64,000 bases of DNA from an uncultured Candidatus Saccharibacteria bacterium (GTDB lineage Bacteria; Patescibacteriota; UBA1384; JAMDBS01; CAYSHH01), in assembly GCA_964430945.1 (NCBI GenBank), contig CAYSHH010000005.1:334-64333 (forward strand), written 5' to 3'. Within the stretch, counting starts at the first letter, position 1; each line of letters opens with the position of its first letter. Shown piece after piece: positions 29,986 through 41,051 of the stretch. The notes under the pieces were generated by a model that was not told the DNA's origin, did no database searches, and saw only the letters and a program-made list of their open reading frames with translations. A program made the translations under genes and the position numbers.

Positions 29986-32900
29986 TTAATAAATATCTTC
30001 AACTTCTCTAATTTTTAAAATTTTGTCTTTGATCAATTCCAGATCAGATTGTTTCTTGGTATTAATCTCTTTAACCGAATTGCCTTTTGTTGGTAATGAG
30101 ATTATAACTGTTTTTAATCCGGGACAGTTATTAACAATTTCTTTTATCTCGAGTAGAGTGTTTTTACTGGCTTTTTTTGAAAGCTCAATATATATTTTAT
30201 CATTTTTTACACTTGAATGAAGTTGATCGCTAATGGATTTCGCTTTGTCGGCCAAAATTTTTACAACGCCATCTTTCGTATTTAACGATCCTTTTACTAA
30301 TATAATATTATCTTCCTCCCATACTTTTGGATTTGTAGCATAAGTCTTAGGAAATACCAGTATTTCTATACTAGAGGTGGAATCTTCGAGGGTAACAAAA
30401 GCCATCTCTTCTTTAGAACGTTTGGTGATTATTTTTTTGATACTTGCGACTACACCACCAATAATTACTTTTCCTTTAGTTTTATCTTGGATTGACCTTA
30501 TTGATTGAGTTTTCTTCTTCAATATATGTTTATACTCGTCCAAGGGGTGTTCACTGAGATAAATTCCTAAAAATTCCTTTTCCCATGAAAGACGTTGTCT
30601 TTTTTCTTCAGGTTCAACCTCTGGTAATCTCATTTTATTAAAACTATCATCAACTTTTTTGTCAGTATCAAATAGTCCCATCTGCCCACTTGCAGATTGT
30701 TTGTGTGTTTCTTTGGCGTATTTTAAAATTGTTTCGATTCCCAATAAAAATTCATTTCTTGAACCAAAACAATCCAATGCACCAGATTTGGCAAGACTTT
30801 CAATGGTTTTTTTATTTACCACTTCAGTTCCTAATCTTTTTACAAAGTCTTCTAGATCTTTATATTTTCCATGTTTACTTCTATCTGCGACTATCATCTC
30901 AGAAGCTTTATAACCAACACCCTTAATGGCCGAAAGTCCAAACGTGATATTCCCTGTTTCAGATATTACACCGAACTCAACAAATGATTCATTAACCGAT
31001 GGAGGCTGAACCTCAATACCCATTTCGTCACACTCTGCAATTTCAATTGCAACCCTATCAAGATTTCCGAAATCAGATGTTAAAAGTGCTGCCATAAAAC
31101 ATGATGGATATTTTGCTTTAAGATAAGCCGTCCAATAGGCTATCATGGCATAACACGCAGCATGAGATTTGTTAAATCCATAAGCTGCAAATGGTTCGAT
31201 AAAGTGCCATATTTTTTTAGCAGTATCTTTGGGAATTTTATTTTTAACCATTCCTTGAATTAGTTTTTCTTTCTGTTGATCCAGAAGCTCTTTAATCTTT
31301 TTACCCACTGCTTTACGCAATACATCTGCTTCACCATAAGAAAATCCCGCGAGAGATCTCGCTATTTGCATTAGCTGTTCTTGATATACTGCGATACCGT
31401 ATGTTTTATTAAGTATGGGTTCAAGTTTTGGGTGGAGATAAGTAATCTTTTTTGTGCCGTGTTTTCCTGCAATATAGTCTGGTATGTTTTCCATAGGACC
31501 AGGTCGATAAAGTGCTACCATGGCAATAATATCTTCAAATGTTGACGGCTTTAGTTGTTTCAAATAGCGCTTCATACCGGTTGACTCCAGTTGGAATACT
31601 CCAGTTGTTCTACCATCGGATAGAAGTTTGTAGGCCGATTTATCATCTGTCGGAACTTTTGTAATATCTATATCTTTATTATGAATTTTTTTGACAATTC
31701 TAATACAATTTTTAATAACTGTAAGATTTGACAAACCGAGAAAATCCATTTTAAGAAGTCCTATTTCCTCAACATATTTCATAGAGTATTGAGTGGTAAT
31801 ACTCGTTTCTCCCTTAGCAGCAGTTTGTAAAGGCAAGTATTCCGTAAGGTGTTCTTTTGAGATCACTACACCACAAGCGTGAGTTCCCGCATGTCTAGCA
31901 ACGCCTTCTAATTTTTTCGCCATATTGATAAGTTTTCTTATATTCTCCTCATCATTATAGATTTGCTTAAGTTCTTTGACTTCGTCCAAAGCCTCTTGAA
32001 GCCCACTGCCTGTCGGTATTAGTTTGGCTACTCTATCGCCATCCTCGTAACCCATACCTAAAGCACGAGCCGTATCCCTGATGGAACCTCTTGCGGCCAT
32101 AGTACCGAAAGTAATGATTTGAGACACATTATCTACTCCATATCTGTCCTGAACATATTTAATTACTTCGCCACGTCTATCGTCGGCAAAATCAACATCA
32201 ATATCAGGCATGGAAATTCTTTCTGGATTCAAAAATCTCTCAAAAATAAGTCCGTATTTTGTTGGCTCTAGATCGGTAATATTGAGACAATATGCAACCA
32301 TCGATCCAGCGGCTGATCCTCTGCCAGGTCCCACAATCACTCCATTATTTTTAGCCCAGTTAATGAAATCTTGAACTATCAAAAAATAGTCTGCATAACC
32401 AGTTTTTTTAATAATTGAAAGCTCGTATTCGAACCGTTTTTTTTGATCATCAGTTATATCAGGATATTTTTGTTTAAGACCCACTCTTGCCAATTTTTCC
32501 ATGTAGCCAATTGAAGTTAGTCCTTTGGGCAATTCAAATTGTGGTAAGATAATATCTCCAAGTTTGAGCTCTAAATTACACTTATCGGCAATCTTTAAAG
32601 TATTTTCAAGAACTTCAGGATGATCTGCAAATATTTTTTTAGCATGATCAGGTGAATAAAAAGAAAGATCGGAATTGATCATCGAAAGACGTGATTTATC
32701 ATCAAAATCTTTTCCCGTTTGTACAGCAAGTAACACCTCATGGACTTCTCGATCTTCGATATCGGGATAATGCGAATCATTTGATGCGATCACTAGGGTA
32801 TTTGTTTCTTTCGCAAGTTTATAAATAGCTTTATTTGCTATCACTTGTCCAGGAAGTTCTGGGCGATGTTGTACCTCCAAATAAAAATCATCATCACCAA

Positions 32901-33399
32901 ATACTTTTTTATAAAAAGCAATTGCTTCTTTGGCTTTGGAATATTTTCCAGACAAAACTAGTCTTGAAACTTCTCCATGTAAACACGCGCTTGTAGCAAT
33001 GAGTCCTTCTCCATGATGTCTTAAAATATTTTTATCAATTCTTGGTTTATAATAATACCCCTTAAGATGAGCTTCTGTCACTAGCTTAATAAGATTTTTG
33101 TATCCAACTTTATTTTTTGCCAAAAGGACTAAATGATATGGTCTAGTATCAATCCTGGGAGTTTTATCCATCATTGTTCTCGGTGCAATATAAACTTCGC
33201 AACCAATAATTGGCTTTATGTTATTTTTTTTACACTCTTCATAAAATTCTATAGTTCCATACATAACTCCATGATCAGTAAGAGCCACCGCGGGCATATC
33301 ATATTCTTTGGCCTTGGCGACAATATCTGGGATCTTAGATAATCCGTCCAGAAGAGAGTAATGTGAATGGTTATGTAGATGTATAAAATTTGAGCTCAT
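29986..33399 (-). CDS. dnaE: DNA polymerase III alpha subunit
   Basis: 1137 aa. N-terminal PHP domain (HLHNHSHYSLLDG), polymerase core and a C-terminal OB fold. Confidence 0.95.
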   Translation of the reverse strand: MSSNFIHLHNHSHYSLLDGLSKIPDIVAKAKEYDMPAVALTDHGVMYGTIEFYEECKKNNIKPIIGCEVYIAPRTMMDKTPRIDTRPYHLVLLAKNKVGYKNLIKLVTEAHLKGYYYKPRIDKNILRHHGEGLIATSACLHGEVSRLVLSGKYSKAKEAIAFYKKVFGDDDFYLEVQHRPELPGQVIANKAIYKLAKETNTLVIASNDSHYPDIEDREVHEVLLAVQTGKDFDDKSRLSMINSDLSFYSPDHAKKIFADHPEVLENTLKIADKCNLELKLGDIILPQFELPKGLTSIGYMEKLARVGLKQKYPDITDDQKKRFEYELSIIKKTGYADYFLIVQDFINWAKNNGVIVGPGRGSAAGSMVAYCLNITDLEPTKYGLIFERFLNPERISMPDIDVDFADDRRGEVIKYVQDRYGVDNVSQIITFGTMAARGSIRDTARALGMGYEDGDRVAKLIPTGSGLQEALDEVKELKQIYNDEENIRKLINMAKKLEGVARHAGTHACGVVISKEHLTEYLPLQTAAKGETSITTQYSMKYVEEIGLLKMDFLGLSNLTVIKNCIRIVKKIHNKDIDITKVPTDDKSAYKLLSDGRTTGVFQLESTGMKRYLKQLKPSTFEDIIAMVALYRPGPMENIPDYIAGKHGTKKITYLHPKLEPILNKTYGIAVYQEQLMQIARSLAGFSYGEADVLRKAVGKKIKELLDQQKEKLIQGMVKNKIPKDTAKKIWHFIEPFAAYGFNKSHAACYAMIAYWTAYLKAKYPSCFMAALLTSDFGNLDRVAIEIAECDEMGIEVQPPSVNESFVEFGVISETGNITFGLSAIKGVGYKASEMIVADRSKHGKYKDLEDFVKRLGTEVVNKKTIESLAKSGALDCFGSRNEFLLGIETILKYAKETHKQSASGQMGLFDTDKKVDDSFNKMRLPEVEPEEKRQRLSWEKEFLGIYLSEHPLDEYKHILKKKTQSIRSIQDKTKGKVIIGGVVASIKKIITKRSKEEMAFVTLEDSTSSIEILVFPKTYATNPKVWEEDNIILVKGSLNTKDGVVKILADKAKSISDQLHSSVKNDKIYIELSKKASKNTLLEIKEIVNNCPGLKTVIISLPTKGNSVKEINTKKQSDLELIKDKILKIREVEDIY

Positions 33400-33443
33400 A
33401 AGAATTGATAATAATAGGATATATAGGTATAATTGTTTAAATT

Positions 33444-34610
33444 ATGAATAAATACATATTTATATTAGGAAACCACCCAGAGATTTCCATTGGAGAAATC
33501 AAAAACCTGTTTAAATTTCTTGGCATCAATACTACATATAGAAGTTTAACAAGAGAAATACTTATAGTAAATACTGAAGAATCATTGGATGTAAAATATA
33601 TTATGCGATTGCTTGGTGGGACTATTAAGATAACTGAATTTCTATATGAGGATGATTATATATCTTTAGAGAAAATACTTAATGTTTTTGGCAATGATAT
33701 CAAAATTAGAATTGGAATCAGTAGTTATGATAAAAGTATTGATAGAAATCATATTACTAACTACCTCAAAAAACTAAAAAAAATAGCCAATAACAGCGGT
33801 AAAAAAATAAATTTCATATTGCCTAAGGAGAATAACTCGCTCAGCAGTGCCCAAGTATTTCATAAAATATTACCCAAGGGCTACGAAATAAATATTTTTC
33901 GATCAGGGAAAAAATACATTTTTTCTAAAACTCTGTTAGTTCAAGATGTTAATACATTATCAAAATTGGACTATGGTGTTCCGTATACACAAACAAAGGC
34001 TGGAATGTTGCCGCCAAAACTTGCCCAAATGATGATAAATTTATCATTGCCCGACCATGGTATCTCTCCAATATTTTATGATCCATTTTGTGGTACTGGT
34101 AGAGTTATTATACAAGCTTTGTTTATGGGTTTTACTAATATTTATGGTTCTGACATTAATCAGGAAGCGATAACAAAATCTAAAAAAAATGTAGACTGGC
34201 TTACGGATCGCTTTGGTGTCGATATTGATAGTAGTTGGACAGATAAACATATTTTTACACATGATACTCAAGATCCAGATTATCCAATTGATAAAAAAAT
34301 AAATTCCTTGGTTTGCGAACCAGATCTTGGCAAAGCCCATAAATTAATGCCGAGTTCAGATGAAATAAACAACGAATTCGAAGGGCTAGAAAAACTGTAT
34401 TTGAATAGTTTTAAGGCTCTCCAAAACATAATAATAAATAATACAAGGGTAGTAGTTGTATTTCCAAAAATTGGAAATAATAGTCTCTATGAAAAGTTAG
34501 TTGACAAATTAGAATTATTTGGTTATCATATGGAAAGAAATTTTATCTATAAAAGAGACTATCAAATAGTCGAAAGACACATATGTGTGTTTCGTTTTAC
34601 GTCTAACTAA
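33444..34610 (+). CDS. class I SAM-dependent methyltransferase (Trm11/RlmL-like RNA m2G type, probable)
   Basis: Motif [15 protein letters not shown] divergent motif IV CEPDLG stands in place of DPPYG. N-terminal THUMP-like region. Confidence 0.5.
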   Translation: MNKYIFILGNHPEISIGEIKNLFKFLGINTTYRSLTREILIVNTEESLDVKYIMRLLGGTIKITEFLYEDDYISLEKILNVFGNDIKIRIGISSYDKSIDRNHITNYLKKLKKIANNSGKKINFILPKENNSLSSAQVFHKILPKGYEINIFRSGKKYIFSKTLLVQDVNTLSKLDYGVPYTQTKAGMLPPKLAQMMINLSLPDHGISPIFYDPFCGTGRVIIQALFMGFTNIYGSDINQEAITKSKKNVDWLTDRFGVDIDSSWTDKHIFTHDTQDPDYPIDKKINSLVCEPDLGKAHKLMPSSDEINNEFEGLEKLYLNSFKALQNIIINNTRVVVVFPKIGNNSLYEKLVDKLELFGYHMERNFIYKRDYQIVERHICVFRFTSN

Positions 34611-34624
34611 CCCGAGGAGAATAT

Positions 34625-34909
34625 ATGGCGCATAAAAAAGCTGGTGGATCTACAAGACTAGGAAGAGATTCGCAGGCAAAAAGACTTGGAATAAAAAAAT
34701 TTGGCGGACAATCTGTAAAACCTGGTGATATTTTAGTACGACAAAGAGGAACTTTCTACAGAGCTGGAGCAAACGTCAAATCTGGTAAGGATTACACGTT
34801 GTTTTCTGTGGCTAATGGTATAGTAGAATATAAGAAGAAAAAAGTAAGATTATATACATCGAATCTTAAAACGAGACAATTTGTATCAGTAACAAAGAAA
34901 GAAAAATAA
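34625..34909 (+). CDS. rpmA: 50S ribosomal protein L27
   Basis: [29 protein letters not shown]... Confidence 0.93.
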   Translation: MAHKKAGGSTRLGRDSQAKRLGIKKFGGQSVKPGDILVRQRGTFYRAGANVKSGKDYTLFSVANGIVEYKKKKVRLYTSNLKTRQFVSVTKKEK

Positions 34910-35511
34910 TGAAACTACTAGATGTTTTTCAAAAAAGACATGCTAAAAAAAATACACCAGATTTAAGAAGTGGTGATGTTGTTCGAGTCCATGAACAAAT
35001 CAAAGAAGGTAAAAAAGAGAGAATTCAAATATATGAAGGCATCGTAATATCTATTAAAGGCGGAAAAAATCTTAATGCTACATTTACAGTAAGAAAAATT
35101 AGCCTTGGTATTGGAGTAGAAAAGACTTACCCACTTCATAGTCCTAAAATTATTAAAGTTGAGACAATTAGAAGAATACGCTCAAAAAAATCGAAATTAT
35201 ATTATTTGAGAGACCTGACTCAAAAACAAATCCAAAAACGTTCAGAGTTATCTAAATACGTTGCCTGGGAAGATAACAAGGCTAAAGAAGAAGTGGAAGC
35301 TCTTAAGACAAAAAAAGAAGACGAAGCCAAAAAAAAGGAAGCAGAAAAAAAGGCAGAGCAGAAAGAGATTGATGAAAAATTTGCTCAAAACAGAGGCGAA
35401 GAGATTAAAGAGCCAAAGGATACTAAGGAAAAAAATAAAAAAGATTCAGATGATTCAAAAGAATCAAAGGGATCAAGCAATGACAAAAAAGACGAAAAAC
35501 CTGGGAAATAA
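34909..35511 (+). CDS. rplS: 50S ribosomal protein L19 with a ~85-aa K/E-rich C-terminal extension
   Basis: The L19 core RSGDVVRVHEQIKEGKKERIQIYEGIVI is followed by a lysine/glutamate-rich tail. Confidence 0.9.
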   Translation: MKLLDVFQKRHAKKNTPDLRSGDVVRVHEQIKEGKKERIQIYEGIVISIKGGKNLNATFTVRKISLGIGVEKTYPLHSPKIIKVETIRRIRSKKSKLYYLRDLTQKQIQKRSELSKYVAWEDNKAKEEVEALKTKKEDEAKKKEAEKKAEQKEIDEKFAQNRGEEIKEPKDTKEKNKKDSDDSKESKGSSNDKKDEKPGK

Positions 35512-35836
35512 AGGTGAGGAACTTGCGGTAAAGTATTTGAAAAACAAAAAATATCAAATATTAGATAGAAATTATCGTTCTCGATATGCAGAAGCAGATA
35601 TAATCGCCAGTAATGGCGATTATATTGTTTTGGTGGAAGTTAAAACTAAAATTTCTTTTGACCAGGGAAGCCCAGAAGAGATGGTTAATATTCATAAACA
35701 AAAGAAATTACGACTCTTAGCACGGGATCTAATGCAAAAGTACCCAGACGAGAATATTCGTGTCGATATCGTGGCAATAGATTATTCAAACAACGTTCCC
35801 AAAATAAATCATATTATAAATGCACTTGAAGAATAA
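35480..35836 (+). CDS. yraN: YraN-family (UPF0102) endonuclease
   Basis: GEELAVKYLKNKKYQILDRNYRSRYAEADIIA...VLVEVKTK. Starts inside the rplS 3' end in another frame (32-nt overlap). Confidence 0.75.
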   Translation: MTKKTKNLGNKGEELAVKYLKNKKYQILDRNYRSRYAEADIIASNGDYIVLVEVKTKISFDQGSPEEMVNIHKQKKLRLLARDLMQKYPDENIRVDIVAIDYSNNVPKINHIINALEE

Positions 35837-35887
35837 TTTCATTGAAAAATACCTTAAATTGGCATATGATATATAAAATAGTGTTTA

Positions 35888-36574
35888 TTGGTTTTTATGG
35901 ATAATTTAAATAACAACAAAAAGAGTAATTCTGTATTGATCGTTTTTTTAATCGTTATCACTTTTGGGCTTATATTGGGTGGCTATTATTTGTGGCAAAA
36001 AGACATTGAAAATGAAGAAGAAATGATTGAGCCGATTAAAACAGTTGAATTGTCTAGTAATGATCCAACTATAGTTACACCAACAACTAAAAATGATTCT
36101 AGTTCAGGATGGCTGACTTACAATAATGATAATTTTGGGTATACTATTTCTTACCCAAAAGAATACAAACTCTCGGATAGTTGTTTTAATAGTCAAACTG
36201 GAAAATACGATGAATATTTGGAATCGCCTAAATGGTTGGTAATAATTGATAAAAATATGGATTATAATTTCCCCTATTGCGAATCTGATTTTCCACAGAT
36301 GGAATTAATGGTTAAATCATTTGACAATGAAATAGATATCAACGAAATGATGGAACAGAGCGATACTGATATTGAAGACACTGCTCAAATTGGAGATAAT
36401 GCTTGGGCGCGTCAGATTATGACTGAGCCAAGTGAATTTGATGGAGAATACTCAACTTACTTATTTTTAAATAAAGACGGGAAAGGATATGAAATTGATA
36501 TAAAAAACACTGATTCGGACGGTACACATGAAAAAATAATTGATGAGATTATTGGAACCCTAAGCTTTAACTAA
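35888..36574 (+). CDS. N-terminally anchored hypothetical protein
   Basis: 228 aa. TM helix, then an acidic extracytoplasmic domain. Confidence 0.5.
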   Translation: MVFMDNLNNNKKSNSVLIVFLIVITFGLILGGYYLWQKDIENEEEMIEPIKTVELSSNDPTIVTPTTKNDSSSGWLTYNNDNFGYTISYPKEYKLSDSCFNSQTGKYDEYLESPKWLVIIDKNMDYNFPYCESDFPQMELMVKSFDNEIDINEMMEQSDTDIEDTAQIGDNAWARQIMTEPSEFDGEYSTYLFLNKDGKGYEIDIKNTDSDGTHEKIIDEIIGTLSFN

Positions 36575-36582
36575 ATATTTTT

Positions 36583-37899
36583 ATGAATAAAGAACAAGTC
36601 ATAACACGTTTGGCTCCAAGTCCAACGGGATTATTTCATATTGGTACTGCCCGTACCGCGCTTTTTAATTATTTATTTGCCAAAAAGAATAATGGCAAGT
36701 TCATATTACGAATTGAGGACACGGACGCCAAAAGATCAAAAAAAGAATACGAACGAGATATTATTGATGGTATGAAATGGTTAAATCTCAAATGGAATGG
36801 AAGCATTTATTATCAATCAAATAGAAAAAAAATTTATAAAAAATACGTTGAGAAATTACTTAAAGAAGAAAAAGCATATAAATCTGAGGGCGCTATATGG
36901 TTCAGATTGTCAGCTTATTCAAAAGATATTATTGAATATGATGATCTTGTCCTAGGAAAATTAAAATTCAATAAATTAAATTTTAATGATTTTGTACTAA
37001 TTAAATCAGATGGCGTGCCTCTTTATATGTTTGCGGCTGTTGTCGATGATTATGAAATGGGCATGACACATATAATACGTGGTGATGATCATGTGAATAG
37101 CACTCCCCAGCAAATTATGCTTTATGATGCGTTGGGAGTTAAGGCGCCAAGGTTCGCGCATATACCGATGATTTTGAATTCAGATAGAACAAAAATGAGC
37201 AAGCGTAAAAATCCAGTGTCGATCACTCGTGATTTTCGCGATCAAGGATACTTACCAGAAGCAATGATAAACTACATGGCACTTCTTGGATGGAACCCTA
37301 AAACAGATCAAGAAAAATTTGACCTAAATCAGCTCATTAAAGCATTTGATATATCAAAAGTAAATAAATCCGGAGCAATTTTTGATATTGAGAAATTAAA
37401 TTATTTTAATAAGATTCATATGCGTGATTTATCAGATGAAATATTGGTCAACAAACTTTGTGCGAAAAACAATGAGTATAGTAAATTTGATAAAAAATTT
37501 TTATCTAAGATAATGAAGGTAGAATTGAATAGGATGCCTACGCTGCTTAATTTCCCCTCAACGAATAGTTTTTATTTTAAATTTGACGGTGAATACGATA
37601 AACAATTAATTATATTTAAAAAATCTAATCTAAAAAAATCTTTACTGGGAATAACTTCTGTATATAATACACTACTCAAATCAAAAAAAGATATTTGGAG
37701 CAGTAAAGATATTTTGAATGAGATTCTTCTTGAAATTGTAAAAGCTAACGAACTTGGAAACGGTGATGTTTTTTGGCCGGTGCGTGTCGCACTTTCTGGT
37801 CTCGATAGGTCAGCATCACCTCCAGAACTTTTATGGGTATTTGGAAAAGAGGAATCTATTGAACGCATAAAAATTGCAATAGATAAGTTATCTAAATAA
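36583..37899 (+). CDS. gltX: glutamyl-tRNA synthetase
   Basis: Class I HIGT (PTGLFHIGTARTA) and KMSKR (KMSKRKN) motifs. Confidence 0.93.
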   Translation: MNKEQVITRLAPSPTGLFHIGTARTALFNYLFAKKNNGKFILRIEDTDAKRSKKEYERDIIDGMKWLNLKWNGSIYYQSNRKKIYKKYVEKLLKEEKAYKSEGAIWFRLSAYSKDIIEYDDLVLGKLKFNKLNFNDFVLIKSDGVPLYMFAAVVDDYEMGMTHIIRGDDHVNSTPQQIMLYDALGVKAPRFAHIPMILNSDRTKMSKRKNPVSITRDFRDQGYLPEAMINYMALLGWNPKTDQEKFDLNQLIKAFDISKVNKSGAIFDIEKLNYFNKIHMRDLSDEILVNKLCAKNNEYSKFDKKFLSKIMKVELNRMPTLLNFPSTNSFYFKFDGEYDKQLIIFKKSNLKKSLLGITSVYNTLLKSKKDIWSSKDILNEILLEIVKANELGNGDVFWPVRVALSGLDRSASPPELLWVFGKEESIERIKIAIDKLSK

Positions 37900-37904
37900 T
37901 AGAC

Positions 37905-39512
37905 ATGAATAAGATAATAAAAAAACTGAGCGGTCAGAACTCTATTCGTGGCGCGACCGTTATATTGATCGTGACACTATTTTTGTCAAATATTTTAGGA
38001 CTTATTCGTGATCATTATCTTGCCCAAAAGATACCCACGACTATCCTTGATGCTTACTACGCTGCATTCAGAATACCAGACTTAGTATTTAATATTGTAA
38101 TACTCGGAGCGATAACTGCTTCTTTTATACCAGTATTTACCAAATATATTACTAAAAATAAATTAAACGATGGTTGGCACGTCGTTAGTTCATTTATAAA
38201 TATATCAGCTGTTGTATTGGTCATATTTTTGATAATACTATATTTCCTAATGCCTTATATTATTCCTCTTCTGGTTCCAGATTTTGACATTGAAAAACAA
38301 GAACTAACTTTGAATTTATCTAGATTAATACTACTTTCTCCATTGTTTTTTACACTCTCGTATATATTTGGAGCAGTTCTAAATTCATTTAAAAGATTTT
38401 TTGTATATTCACTAGCGCCATTGGTTTACAATTTGTGTATCATAATTGCAACATTATTTTTTGCTGATAGCATTGGAGTATACGGGGTTGTTTACGGAGT
38501 ATTGATTGGTGCTTTTTTCCATATGCTTATACAAATGATACAAGTATTTAAGATTGGGTTTAAATACAAATTTGATTTTGACTACAAAAACCCCGATGTA
38601 AGGAAAATTTTTAAATTAATGATACCAAGAGCTGTCGGCTTAGGATCGAATCAAATTATGCTTGTAGTATACACGGCAATAGCATCGACTCTTGCTGCCG
38701 GTTCCGTAGCGATCTATAATCTGGCTGATAATATTCAGACTATGCCTACGGTCGTGTTTGGAATATCATTCGCTACAGCAATATTTCCTACACTTTCTGA
38801 GCACTTTAACCAAAAGAAACTATCTGAATTTAGCTCACATATACATAAATCTATTAAGGCAATTGCCTATACATTAATACCTTTGTCTATCATGATAATC
38901 CTTCTTAGAGCACAGATTGTAAGATTGATTTTAGGATCTGGATATTTTGGATGGAATGAGACAATACTTGCCTATAATACTCTTGCATTTTTTATGTTAT
39001 CTTTATTCTTTCAGGGACTTATTCCACTATTCGCAAGGGCTTTTTATGCGATTCATAACACGAAAACCCCAACAATTATCAGTGTACTGAGTGTAATAAT
39101 CGGTATTATAATGGCTTATATATTTGCACCAGCTATGGGTGTTACTGGGCTAGCTCTGGGGTTTTCGATAGCCAGTGTATTTAACGCATTTGTACTTTAT
39201 CTATACCTTAGAAAAAACGTATTTGAAATTAAAAACCAAGAAGGTGGACTTGTAGTCTATCTTATAAAAGTATGTTTTGCGGCTATTGCAATGGGAATTG
39301 TGATGCAAATATTTAAAATATATGGAGGAGAATATTTTGACCTGAGTCGTTTCTGGGGAGTATTTGGACAAACACTTGTAGCATTTACCATAGGCGTAGT
39401 CACATATTTCGGCATTTCAAAAATTATTAAAATCGAACAACAAGAAGAACTTGTAAAACTTATTAGGAGATATTTAAATCAAAATGGAAAAAGAGAAATC
39501 AATAAAGACTAA
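37905..39512 (+). CDS. murJ: lipid II flippase MurJ/MviN
   Basis: 535 aa, 14 TM helices, with MurJ-conserved N-terminal R/D residues. Confidence 0.85.
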   Translation: MNKIIKKLSGQNSIRGATVILIVTLFLSNILGLIRDHYLAQKIPTTILDAYYAAFRIPDLVFNIVILGAITASFIPVFTKYITKNKLNDGWHVVSSFINISAVVLVIFLIILYFLMPYIIPLLVPDFDIEKQELTLNLSRLILLSPLFFTLSYIFGAVLNSFKRFFVYSLAPLVYNLCIIIATLFFADSIGVYGVVYGVLIGAFFHMLIQMIQVFKIGFKYKFDFDYKNPDVRKIFKLMIPRAVGLGSNQIMLVVYTAIASTLAAGSVAIYNLADNIQTMPTVVFGISFATAIFPTLSEHFNQKKLSEFSSHIHKSIKAIAYTLIPLSIMIILLRAQIVRLILGSGYFGWNETILAYNTLAFFMLSLFFQGLIPLFARAFYAIHNTKTPTIISVLSVIIGIIMAYIFAPAMGVTGLALGFSIASVFNAFVLYLYLRKNVFEIKNQEGGLVVYLIKVCFAAIAMGIVMQIFKIYGGEYFDLSRFWGVFGQTLVAFTIGVVTYFGISKIIKIEQQEELVKLIRRYLNQNGKREINKD

Positions 39513-39663
39513 AGGGAGCGAAGATTTTTATAAAAATCTCGACAAAAAAACAAAATACCAAGGAAACTGCTCATGCCTTGGCATGGTTGTATTACTCATT
39601 GCGCTCGGAGTAATAATATTTTTAGTATTTAGCTACTTTTATTTAAATAAATAATATCAATCC

Positions 39664-40950
39664 CTACCAATTCCATGGAAGAATATCTAGCACATCGAAA
39701 TTTTTAGAAGATGAACTTGGTATAGATGTTGGATTGATTGTTTGTGGGGAAGTTGAAGTAGAAGCAGGAGTAGGAGTAGAAACTTCTTTCGCGTTTTTTT
39801 CTTCTATAATTTCGGGCTCATCTTTGCCACGTGCTATAAATTCGGCTTTTACTATAAGGCGTTTATTATTAGTTCCTACTGGATAACAGGTCATAAGGGT
39901 TAGTGTATGTTTGTCTGTATTCTGTGCCAGTACGCTGACATCATTTGGATCAACGATGGTTTTTTCATATACTCGATAGATATAACCGTAATCGTCATAT
40001 CCAACACCAATTTCATCACCAACTTCAATCTGATCAAGATTTGTAAAAACAGTTTTGTAGCCTCCATCATCCCACCAGTAATATGATGAGTGGCCAGATA
40101 TAAACACATTTCCTTCGCCATCTTGGGCGCTCTCTCCTGGCCTAGAAGTTCCTTTGTAATGTACCACGCCATGTTTCAAATTTTCCATCATCGTGGCCTC
40201 ATCTACCGGGGAATCCCAAATAATAGGTGCTTTGACGTCTATTTTGGGTACCCATAGCTCATTATTTATAATTCCTCGTAATCCTAGTTCGTCTTTTGTT
40301 GGGCCTCTTTTGACTTCTTCTTTATCGTCGGTTGCTGGGGTATCGTATAATGTTACTGTCGACAAAAAAAGTAGATCTTCATTTGTACTGGCCGGGATAA
40401 TGGTTTGAACTTGTGGTTTTTCTCCAGTTCTTTCTTTGTAATTATATGATAATTTTTTCCACAATGCAGGAAAATTAAGAAATAGATATACAAATATAAA
40501 AGATCCAAGGACGAACAATGTCATTCGAAATACTAGTTTTATTGTATTGGTTCTTGGTTTTTTATCAATTGTCTGTTTGGTTTGCGTTGTATCGTCTGCA
40601 TGTTGCTGCGTTATATTTTCTTGATTAGTTTCTGGGGTATTAATCGGTTGTTTGGGCATTTGTGCATATTGCCTAGTGATTGACAATTTTTCATTATCGC
40701 TTAAAATTGGTTGTAAATTTTTTGTTTCATCATTTGTGACAGGTGGTCGATCAATTTCTAAGGATACATTTTTATAGCTGTCAGTTTTTGGAATAGATGA
40801 CGTTGAATTAATAACTTTTGTCTCGTTGTCTTTGGTGAGATCAAAAAGACTAACTTCTTCGTCATGTGTATCGTTTGGAGAAATATTTTCTAGATTAGAA
40901 GATTCTGAGTTGTTCGGTAAATTATTTTTATTACCACTAAAATTAGGCAT
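39664..40950 (-). CDS. sortase-family transpeptidase with a long low-complexity N-terminal region
   Basis: Catalytic TLMTC (Cys) and ISGHSS (His) motifs, and RLIVKA (Arg). One TM helix around residue 150. C-terminal S/T/P-rich tail ending PWNW. Confidence 0.8.
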   Translation of the reverse strand: MPNFSGNKNNLPNNSESSNLENISPNDTHDEEVSLFDLTKDNETKVINSTSSIPKTDSYKNVSLEIDRPPVTNDETKNLQPILSDNEKLSITRQYAQMPKQPINTPETNQENITQQHADDTTQTKQTIDKKPRTNTIKLVFRMTLFVLGSFIFVYLFLNFPALWKKLSYNYKERTGEKPQVQTIIPASTNEDLLFLSTVTLYDTPATDDKEEVKRGPTKDELGLRGIINNELWVPKIDVKAPIIWDSPVDEATMMENLKHGVVHYKGTSRPGESAQDGEGNVFISGHSSYYWWDDGGYKTVFTNLDQIEVGDEIGVGYDDYGYIYRVYEKTIVDPNDVSVLAQNTDKHTLTLMTCYPVGTNNKRLIVKAEFIARGKDEPEIIEEKNAKEVSTPTPASTSTSPQTINPTSIPSSSSKNFDVLDILPWNW

Positions 40951-41051
40951 ATTAGCACCTTTAATAGATTATATTCTTCATATATATTATACTTTATATA
41001 TAGAAAAAACTCGACCTTATAGCCGAGTTTTTTAGAATACTTACGGTAAGA

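Noticed and set aside
39513-39663. 23-aa hydrophobic ORF (MVVLLIALGVIIFLVFSYFYLNK) after murJ
   Set aside because: It has no RBS within range and sits amid a palindromic hairpin. It is likely a chance ORF in AT-rich spacer.
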